From an uncultured Thermoplasmatales archaeon (GTDB taxonomy: Archaea > Thermoplasmatota > E2 > UBA202 > DSCA01), in contig CAZESS010000022.1 of the NCBI GenBank assembly GCA_964514975.1, forward strand, positions 1-27,416: a stretch of DNA of 27,416 bases, given 5' to 3'. Position numbers and translations under genes: made by a program. The notes beneath the pieces are model-generated. The model was given only the letters and a program-made list of their open reading frames with translations. It had not been told where the DNA came from and did not search any database. Of the stretch, positions 19,275 through 26,241 are shown piece after piece (position 1 is the stretch's first letter; every line of letters begins with the position of its first letter).

Positions 19275-19793
19275 ATGAGCACCTACGAACGCGAGCTCCG
19301 GGGCATCCTGTCCGCCGACGAGGCGACGCTGGAAACGGTTACCAGGAGCTGCAGCCCCCGGGAGCGGGAGGACTACTACCGCATCCTGGACGCACCGTTC
19401 ATCGTCGTCAGAGCCGCCGGGTCATTAGGCATCGCCGACGTCGTCGCGGTCCGGGGCAGCATCTCCTTCCTCGTCGAAATAAAGACCCGGAAAAGCGACC
19501 GTATCCTGTTCAGCCGGAAAAAAGACAAGCTTCAGCGCAAGACGGAGCTGATGCGGGACACCTGCGAGCGATCCCGTGCGCTCCCCCTGTTCGCGTTCCG
19601 GCGGAAAAGCGTCCGGGGGGATGCATGGCGCATGTTCGCCCTGGATGTCACCGAGCTCGACGGCCGCAGCAGGTTGCTGCACAGCCGGCTACCGCTCATC
19701 GGCAAAACCAAGGCGGGCAACTATGACCTTCGATGGGACGAGGGCATGAAGCTGTCGTCGTTCATCGCCTACGTCGCATCGCTCATCGAGTAG
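19275..19793 (+). CDS. hjc: Archaeal Holliday junction resolvase Hjc-like PD-(D/E)xK nuclease
   Basis: YEREL...VVRAAGS...DVVA......VEIK motif order matches Hjc, with an insertion of about 25 aa after the first helix. Confidence 0.78.
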   Translation: MSTYERELRGILSADEATLETVTRSCSPREREDYYRILDAPFIVVRAAGSLGIADVVAVRGSISFLVEIKTRKSDRILFSRKKDKLQRKTELMRDTCERSRALPLFAFRRKSVRGDAWRMFALDVTELDGRSRLLHSRLPLIGKTKAGNYDLRWDEGMKLSSFIAYVASLIE

Positions 19794-19833
19794 AACCCAA
19801 ACGTTAAATTACGGGGGGTATTATCCCTCTTGC

Positions 19834-21060
19834 ATGGACGTTACGTTTCTTGGTGGTGCGCACGAGGTCGGCCGCGTTGGCCTGCTGGCGCAGCTCAACG
19901 GCAGCTCGCTCCTGTTCGACTATGGCATGACGCCCGGGAAGCCCCCGGAGTATCCGGAGCAGGCCCCGCCTGTCGACTGCCTGTTTTTGTCACATGGACA
20001 TCTCGACCATTCGGGGATGGCACCCTGGCTGTCGGGACGATATCAGGCTCCCATTTTTTCGACGCCGGTCACCCAGGAGATTGCCCGTATTTTGTTCAGC
20101 GATTCCCTTAAAATCGCGCGGTACAACGGCTACCCGTTTCCCTTTGGTGACCGCGATGTCGAGGAGGCCGAACGGCATTTTCTGTCAGTGGCAGCCGACG
20201 AGCGGATAACAATCGGCGATACAGCCATTTCATGTCATCCGGCGGGCCACATCCCCGGCTCCCTGATGTTCAAGGAGGAAAGCAGCGACGTGCTCATCGC
20301 CTGCGACCTCAACACCATCGACAGCCAGCTGCTCAACGGCGCCGGGCCGGTGTCCTGCAGCACATTGTTCATGGAGGGCACCTATGCCGGCCAGAACCAT
20401 CCGCCACGGGCTGATCTCGAGCGGCGGTTCCTGGACACGGTCGACGAGGTGGTCGCCCGGGGCGGCACCGCTATCATCCCGGCGTTTGCCGTGGGTCGAA
20501 CCCAGGAGATCGCCATGCTGCTCAGCGATTCCGGCCACGAGGTATGGCTTGACGGGATGGGCAGCCGCATCGGCAAGATTTTCCTGCAGCATCCCGACTA
20601 CCTGCGTGCCCCCCGTGAGCTGAAAAAGGCGATGGACAACGTCCATCTCGTGTACTCGAAAAAGGGCAAGCGGATGGCGATGGACGGCGATGTCATCATC
20701 ACGACGAGCGGCATGATGAACGGCGGGCCGGTACTCGGCTACGCCGACAACATCCGGGATGACCCCAACTCGGCCATCATCATTACGGGCTACCAGGTGG
20801 AGGGCACCAACGGAGAGCGCCTGCTCGAGACGGGCGAGCTGTCCCTGCATGGCGTCACGCGGCCGGTCAACGCGGAGGTCGCGTTTTATGATTTTTCGGC
20901 GCATGCCGGGCATGACGAGCTCTGCGCGTTCGCCCGGGGCTGCCGTCCGGAGCGGGTGGTGTTGTTCCATTCCGACAGCCCGGAGCCGCTGGCGGCCGAG
21001 CTACGGGATTTCACCGAGGAGGTCATCATCCCCGAGAACGGCGACACGGTGTCGGTGTAG
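19834..21060 (+). CDS. Beta-CASP metallo-beta-lactamase ribonuclease (aCPSF-type, no KH domains)
   Basis: FLGGAHEVGR, DYG, SHGHLDHSG, AGHIPGS, EGTY, PAFAVGRTQE, TSGMMNGG, GYQVEGT and FSAH. It lacks the N-terminal KH domains of aCPSF1. Confidence 0.9.
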   Translation: MDVTFLGGAHEVGRVGLLAQLNGSSLLFDYGMTPGKPPEYPEQAPPVDCLFLSHGHLDHSGMAPWLSGRYQAPIFSTPVTQEIARILFSDSLKIARYNGYPFPFGDRDVEEAERHFLSVAADERITIGDTAISCHPAGHIPGSLMFKEESSDVLIACDLNTIDSQLLNGAGPVSCSTLFMEGTYAGQNHPPRADLERRFLDTVDEVVARGGTAIIPAFAVGRTQEIAMLLSDSGHEVWLDGMGSRIGKIFLQHPDYLRAPRELKKAMDNVHLVYSKKGKRMAMDGDVIITTSGMMNGGPVLGYADNIRDDPNSAIIITGYQVEGTNGERLLETGELSLHGVTRPVNAEVAFYDFSAHAGHDELCAFARGCRPERVVLFHSDSPEPLAAELRDFTEEVIIPENGDTVSV

Positions 21061-21085
21061 CGGTCAGCGCAGCGCCACGGCCCCT

Positions 21086-21135
21086 GCAAAACAAAAAAAA
21101 GAAAAGGTAGGGGAGGAAGGGGGGAGGACAAAAAA
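21086..21135 (-). terminator. U-rich terminator downstream of ftsZ
   Basis: Minus strand after the ftsZ stop reads TTTTTGTCCTCCCCCCTTCCTCCCCTACCTTTTCTTTTTTTTGTTTTG. Confidence 0.6.
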
Positions 21136-22227
21136 TTAGCCAATTAGGTCTATGCCTAATTTATTTTTACCTCCCTCCCATCGCGGTATGTGTACATCCT
21201 CTTTGTGGGTCGACGTGTCGCCCGAGAGGATGTAGGGAGAGTTGACGCCGGTCATGATGGCCATGATCCGGCATTTTCCATGGTAGTCCTTGTTGATGCG
21301 GGCGCCCCAGATGACGTTGGCGTAGGGATCCATTTCTCCGGTGATGGTCGTGGCGACCTTGTCGGCGAAGTCGAGCGTCATGTCCGGCCCGCCGGTCATG
21401 TGTATCAGGCAGCCCTGGGCACCGGTGAAATCGACCTCGAGCAACGGATGGTTCATCGCTTCGACCGCCAGCGCGTCGGGTCCCTGGTTGATGCTTCCTT
21501 CGCCCCAGAGCATGGCGGCGACGTCGCCGCTGGACACGATGGTCTTGACGTCGGCGTAGTCGAGGTTGATGAGCGACGGCTGCAGGATGGTCTCCGAGAT
21601 ACCTTTGACTGTTTCCGATATCAGCTGGTCCATGACCGAGAATGCCTTGTCTATGGGCAGCGACGGGCAAAAGTTGAGCAGGCGGTTGTTGTCGAGGATG
21701 ATGGTGGAGTCGCAGTTTTTACGCAGCTTCTCCAGTCCCCGCTCGGCGCGCAGCACCCGGCCGCGTTCCACCTTGAAGGGAATGGAGACCATGCCGGCGA
21801 CGATGGCGCCCTTGCGTTTCGCCAGCTTTGCGACCTCGGGGGCGACGCCGGTCCCGGTCCCGCCGCCCATCCCGGCGGTGACGAACACGAGGTCGGGTTC
21901 CCCGAGTATTTGTTCCATTTCGCTGCGGGATTCATCGGCGCAGTTTTTCGCGACGTCAGGGTACCCGCCGGCACCGAGGCCCCGGGTGATGTTTTTCCCG
22001 ATGAGCAGTTTTTTGTCCGCGTCGATGAGATCGAGGTCCTGCTTGTCGGTGTTGATGGCGATCGTCTCGGCGCCCTTGACGCCGATGCGGTTCAGGCGGT
22101 TGATAGTGTTGCCGCCTGCCCCTCCGCAGCCGACAACAACTATCTTGGCAACACCGAACTCGTCGCACTCGGCCTGTCTCACGTCGTCTTCTCCATACTG
22201 GATGGCGTCATCTATTAGTGATTTCAT
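21136..22227 (-). CDS. ftsZ: Cell division protein FtsZ (FtsZ2-type by gene context)
   Basis: [21 protein letters not shown], tubulin signature [10 protein letters not shown]7 loop INLDYAD, IWGA and C-terminal LGID. AAAGGAGG SD. Confidence 0.97.
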   Translation of the reverse strand: MKSLIDDAIQYGEDDVRQAECDEFGVAKIVVVGCGGAGGNTINRLNRIGVKGAETIAINTDKQDLDLIDADKKLLIGKNITRGLGAGGYPDVAKNCADESRSEMEQILGEPDLVFVTAGMGGGTGTGVAPEVAKLAKRKGAIVAGMVSIPFKVERGRVLRAERGLEKLRKNCDSTIILDNNRLLNFCPSLPIDKAFSVMDQLISETVKGISETILQPSLINLDYADVKTIVSSGDVAAMLWGEGSINQGPDALAVEAMNHPLLEVDFTGAQGCLIHMTGGPDMTLDFADKVATTITGEMDPYANVIWGARINKDYHGKCRIMAIMTGVNSPYILSGDTSTHKEDVHIPRWEGGKNKLGIDLIG

Positions 22228-22297
22228 ATATTGTTTCCTCCTTTCAGGATAGGCTGGTAGTTTTTTGATGGCTGGTAGTTGTTAGAGTGCATGCCCA

Positions 22298-22528
22298 TCA
22301 TACTCCCCCGATTTTTTCGTCGAGTTGGCTCGTGTACGCCTCCAACTCCTGGATTTTTTTGAGGGTTTCCGCTTTTTCGTAGACCCGCTCGGTGATCTCC
22401 TCGATGAGACGGGAGACAGCGGTGCGTATGGCTTCTGAACGGGAAGCGAACTCCCCGAGGCGTATGAACGTATCGATGGCCCGTATCTGGTGCACGGGCA
22501 GTCGGACAGTCACACGTTGCGTTTCCAT
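22298..22528 (-). CDS. cdrS: Ribbon-helix-helix transcription regulator, CdrS-like
   Basis: METQRVTVRLP...ID....GEF.SRSEAIR.AV RHH signature, immediately upstream of ftsZ as in the euryarchaeal cdrS-ftsZ2 operon. SD-like GAGGGGAG before ATG 22528. Confidence 0.85.
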   Translation of the reverse strand: METQRVTVRLPVHQIRAIDTFIRLGEFASRSEAIRTAVSRLIEEITERVYEKAETLKKIQELEAYTSQLDEKIGGV

Positions 22529-22617
22529 TTTTTCTCCCCTCAGGCGTGGTGACAAAACGACATCATTGTGGCACCGTTTTGCCGACATACAGCAGCAATC
22601 AGATGCTATTGTGTGTC

Positions 22618-22632
22618 GTTTGTCAGACAAAC
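22618..22632. promoter_or_regulatory. Palindrome GTTTGTC-A-GACAAAC, candidate operator in cdrS-ftsZ promoter
   Basis: Perfect 7-1-7 inverted repeat located 15-29 bp downstream (minus-strand sense) of the TATA element at 22653-22647. Confidence 0.55.
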
Positions 22633-22844
22633 TAATGCGATTGTCATTTATAATACTTTCTGTTTTTTTCACCCAACCACCCATAAAAACGGCCGCAGAC
22701 CGCACGGCACACAGCACCGGCAGCCCGTCAGACAGCCGCAAACCCGCACCGGCTATAAAAACACTGTCATTTTTTCCGGCCACAAAGCCACCCCGGCACG
22801 GGAGAACAGAGAATTTATATAGCAACCAGGCGATGGCCACCCCG

Positions 22845-23471
22845 ATGGCCACATACGAGCTCGTCGCATTCGACATGGACGGCGTCCTCGTCGACATGAT
22901 AAGCTCCTGGCACCACGTCCACGAATGCCTCGGCACCGACAACACCGCCACCGCGGAGGCATACCGCAACGGCCATATCGACAGCCAGGAATTCATGGAC
23001 CGCGACCTCGCACTCTGGCGCCAGCAGCACATAACACACGGCCACATCAGCCACATCTTCCACAACATCGACACCATACCCGGCGTCCACGAAACCATGG
23101 AGCAGCTCAGCAGCGCCGACATCACCACCGCCATCATCTCAGGCGGCCTCGACCTCCTGGCACAACGCATCGCCAAAACCGTCGGCATCGACCACGTCCT
23201 CGCAAACGGCATCAGCCCCGACATGCAGCGCGGCATCCTCCGCGTCCCACCAAAACAAAAAGACAACACACTCCAAAACCTCGCCAGCCGGCTCGCCATC
23301 GGCACGGACAGCATCGCATCGGTCGGCAACTCCAGATACGACGTGGCCATGTTCCGGGTCAGCGGGCTCGGCATCGCGTTCAACCCATGCGACGACGACG
23401 TCGTAAAGGCCGCCGACGTCACCATACAAGAGAAAGATTTAACACGCATCCTCGAATACATCCTCGGATGA
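22845..23471 (+). CDS. HAD-superfamily IB phosphatase (phosphoserine phosphatase SerB-like)
   Basis: Motif I AFDMDGVL, SSW, motif II ISGG, motif III Lys (KQKD), motif IV VGNSRYD and IAFNP. TATA TTTATATA at 22814-22821 favours ATG 22845 over 22833. Confidence 0.85.
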   Translation: MATYELVAFDMDGVLVDMISSWHHVHECLGTDNTATAEAYRNGHIDSQEFMDRDLALWRQQHITHGHISHIFHNIDTIPGVHETMEQLSSADITTAIISGGLDLLAQRIAKTVGIDHVLANGISPDMQRGILRVPPKQKDNTLQNLASRLAIGTDSIASVGNSRYDVAMFRVSGLGIAFNPCDDDVVKAADVTIQEKDLTRILEYILG

Positions 23472-24085
23472 ACATCACGAGCCTCCTCACATTATTCATC
23501 GTGGGGCTGTTTTTCTACATCCTGTACATCATTTTTTACAGCGCATTCCGGGAGGTCGGCTTCACCCGCCTGGAAGCGGCGGTCATCGTCTTCGGCTCGC
23601 TGCTCGGCGGCGCCATCAACATAACCCTGTTCACCTACCAGAACTGGACCATCGCCATCAACGTCGGCGGCGCCGTCATCCCCATCCTGGTCAGCATCTA
23701 TCTGCTCGCCACACAGCGATGCACATGGCGCGCCCTCATTGGCATCCTCATCGTCGCCTTCTTCACCTACAACGTCACCTCGGTGAGCAGCGCCGGCATC
23801 ACCTCGCCGTTTCCCCTCTGGCTGATACCGCCCGCGGTAGCAAGCATCTTCTCTCTGCTGTCATGCTACAAGCGTCCAAAACATGCGGCGCCAGTCGCCT
23901 ACATCTCCGGCACGCTGGGCGTCCTCGTCGGTGCCGACCTCTTCCATCTGCCCGATATCCTGGCGCTCCCCACAACCAACGAGGTAACGGCCTCCATCGG
24001 CGGCGCGGCCATCTTCGACATGGTGTTCCTCGCCGGCGTCATCGCCGTGCTCATCGACGGCCTGTTCGTCGGCCGCCGCCGGTAA
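23468..24085 (+). CDS. DUF1614 family membrane protein
   Basis: Multi-TM protein with IAINVGGAVIP, AYISGTLGVLVGADL.HL and SIGGA.IFD...L.G. ATGA overlap with the HAD gene. Confidence 0.85.
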   Translation: MNITSLLTLFIVGLFFYILYIIFYSAFREVGFTRLEAAVIVFGSLLGGAINITLFTYQNWTIAINVGGAVIPILVSIYLLATQRCTWRALIGILIVAFFTYNVTSVSSAGITSPFPLWLIPPAVASIFSLLSCYKRPKHAAPVAYISGTLGVLVGADLFHLPDILALPTTNEVTASIGGAAIFDMVFLAGVIAVLIDGLFVGRRR

Positions 24086-24178
24086 GACGATGGCCGCCCT
24101 ACGGAACGAATGGAGCAGAGACAGCACGAGCGAATCTTTATATGGATGGATTCCATTTATATCCATGGAGGTAAATAT

Positions 24179-24730
24179 ATGGCAAAAGTAGCACGGCAGA
24201 TGGTGGAGGATGCCGGCGTCGACGTGGACGAGCTCGTCGAACTGCTGGTAAAAAACGCCGCTGCAGAGCTGACCACCTATTACTACTATACCCTGCTGCG
24301 TGCCAACCTGACAGGGCTGGACGGCGAAACCATCAAGGAAATCGCCGAAACAGCACGGCTGGAAGACCGGAATCATTTCGAGGCGCTGGTCCCACGCATC
24401 TATGAGCTCGGCGGCGAACTGCCCCGGGATATGAAAGACTTCCATGACGTCTCCGGCTGCCCGCCCGCCTATCTGCCCGACGACCTCGACGACGCGGAGG
24501 CACTGCTTGAGGTGCTTGTCGAGGCAGAACGATGCGCGGTCCGCCAGTACACCAACATTTGCAACATCACGGCGGGCAAGGACCACCGGACCTACGACCT
24601 GGCGCTGGCCATCCTGCACGAGGAGGTACAGCACGAGTCATGGTTCTCTGAGTTCCTCGGCGAGGGCCCCTCGGGTCATTTCCTGCGACGGGGCGACACG
24701 TCACCGTTCGTGTCAAAGTTCCTGCGCTGA
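24179..24730 (+). CDS. dps: DPS-like (DPSL) ferritin-superfamily protein
   Basis: AAAELTTYYYYT.LR, ARLEDRNHFEALVPRIYELGG, SGCPPAYLP, AERCAV..Y and HEEVQHE, with the two Cys typical of DPSL. GGAGG SD at 24167-24171. Confidence 0.93.
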   Translation: MAKVARQMVEDAGVDVDELVELLVKNAAAELTTYYYYTLLRANLTGLDGETIKEIAETARLEDRNHFEALVPRIYELGGELPRDMKDFHDVSGCPPAYLPDDLDDAEALLEVLVEAERCAVRQYTNICNITAGKDHRTYDLALAILHEEVQHESWFSEFLGEGPSGHFLRRGDTSPFVSKFLR

Positions 24731-24776
24731 CCCGTGATGCGGATACAACGGTGATACCATCGCCGGCATCGTCGAC

Positions 24777-25580
24777 ATGCTCCAGACGCTCCACCCGGTA
24801 GCACAGGCGCTCGTCGCAACCTGCTTCACGTGGGGTGTCACCGCGCTCGGCGCCGCCACCGTGTTCGCAACCCGGGAGGTCAACCAGCGGCTGCTGGACA
24901 CCATGCTCGGCTTCGCCGCCGGCGTGATGATCGCCGCCAGCTTTTGGTCACTGCTCGCCCCGTCCATAGAGATGGCGCGGGAACAACATCTCCCGGTGTG
25001 GCTGCCGGCAACCATCGGGTTTCTGCTCGGCGGCGCGTTCCTCAGGGGCATCGACAGCGTGCTCCCCCATCTCCACATCGGGTTTCTACAAAGCGAGGCA
25101 GAGGGCATCCAGACAGGCTGGCGGCGAAGTACCCTGCTGCTGCTCGCCATCACGCTCCACAACATCCCCGAAGGGCTGGCGGTCGGCGTGGCCTTTGGGG
25201 CAGCCGCCGCAGGACTGCCATCAGCCAGCCTGGCCGGAGCCACCGCGCTCGCCCTGGGCATCGGCATCCAGAACTTCCCCGAGGGGCTGGCCGTGTCCAT
25301 GCCGCTGCGGGGCGGGGGCATGCCCCGCCTGAAAAGCTTCTGGTACGGCCAGCTGTCAGCCGTCGTGGAGCCAGTGTTCGCCGTTCTCGGCGCAGGAGCC
25401 GTGCTCATCTTCCGTCCCCTGCTCCCGTACGCGCTCGCATTCGCCGCCGGGGCCATGATATTCGTGGTCGTCGAAGAAGTGGTACCCGAATCACAGCGCG
25501 CCGGCAACACAGACCTAGCCACCATGGGCGCAATGCTTGGCTTCGCAGTCATGATGATGCTGGATGTCGCACTTGGATGA
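24777..25580 (+). CDS. ZIP family divalent metal transporter (GufA/ZupT-like)
   Basis: [51 protein letters not shown] and MM.LD.ALG. Confidence 0.93.
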   Translation: MLQTLHPVAQALVATCFTWGVTALGAATVFATREVNQRLLDTMLGFAAGVMIAASFWSLLAPSIEMAREQHLPVWLPATIGFLLGGAFLRGIDSVLPHLHIGFLQSEAEGIQTGWRRSTLLLLAITLHNIPEGLAVGVAFGAAAAGLPSASLAGATALALGIGIQNFPEGLAVSMPLRGGGMPRLKSFWYGQLSAVVEPVFAVLGAGAVLIFRPLLPYALAFAAGAMIFVVVEEVVPESQRAGNTDLATMGAMLGFAVMMMLDVALG

Positions 25581-25800
25581 AATGACAGCCATGGATCCCA
25601 CGACGTCATGACCAAGTTTCAGATGCACAAAAAGAGCACATTCTCCCGCATAGCCGGTCATGTCACACGGGACAGCAAACATCCCATCAACCAAGAAAAC
25701 CATGGTATAAAAGCAAAGAATATCAACAGAATTTTATACCCCAGGTAGAATGTATGACATCATCCGGATTACCGGATGTGGCACAAAAAAAGAGGAAAAC

Positions 25801-26175
25801 ATGAATAACGAGAAACCAACCGGGGTCGAAATACTTTCCGTTCTGTACGGGCTGAAAGCACTCAGCTTCCTGGCCGTGGGCGTGATGCTTTTCGTAGATG
25901 TAGCGTTCATCGGCAACACAGTACTGGGCCATTCTGGCACGATGCTGGCTGCCGCCGGCGGCTTCATGATGCTGGTCGGCCTCGTCGACATCGCCGTCGC
26001 CTGGGGCCTGTGGACGCTGCAGAGCTGGGCTCGCACGGTAGCAATTATATTCGCCATTATCGGCCTCCTGGCATCACTGGGCGGAACCACGATATCGATA
26101 ATCATACACTGGGCCATATCGCTCATCGTGCTGGTGTACCTGACCAGACCCGGCGTCAAAGCCGCGTTCCAGTAG
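25801..26175 (+). CDS. Small four-TM membrane protein, uncharacterised
   Basis: KPTGV.IL start, GLW....WAR and YL.RP.VK.AF end, a pattern seen in small archaeal membrane proteins. GAGGA SD before ATG 25801. Confidence 0.8.
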   Translation: MNNEKPTGVEILSVLYGLKALSFLAVGVMLFVDVAFIGNTVLGHSGTMLAAAGGFMMLVGLVDIAVAWGLWTLQSWARTVAIIFAIIGLLASLGGTTISIIIHWAISLIVLVYLTRPGVKAAFQ

Positions 26176-26241
26176 CCAGCCCGCCCAACCAACAGCAGAC
26201 AGACCCCATCACACCACTATAGGCCTTCCACACAGGGAACA

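Noticed and set aside
19275-21060. Hjc-like nuclease plus MBL nuclease as a possible defence system
   Set aside because: Both match core archaeal housekeeping families with ordinary composition. No ATPase, methylase or mobility genes accompany them.
21142-21161. AATTAGG-N6-CCTAATT inverted repeat resembling a DtxR-type box
   Set aside because: It lies in the last ftsZ codons (KLGIDLI), far from any promoter, and the spacing differs from DtxR sites. At most it is a 3'-end hairpin.
22392-23467. Apparent long fusions: 387-aa ORF ending in the RHH, 359-aa HAD and 386-aa DUF1614
   Set aside because: The extensions are stop-free frames caused by the T-poor, skewed composition. True starts have SD/TATA support or ATGA coupling.
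104-25615. Many long antisense or alternate-frame ORFs (e.g. 853-1878 +, 9229-10713 -, 17534-18460 -, 21190-22218 +, 24713-25615 -)
   Set aside because: They shadow well-supported genes and have no recognisable motifs. Such ORFs are expected from high GC at third codon positions.
25515-25703. 62-aa minus-strand ORF in the ZIP downstream gap
   Set aside because: Its ATG abuts the candidate TATA box, it overlaps the ZIP 3' end and it has no recognisable features.
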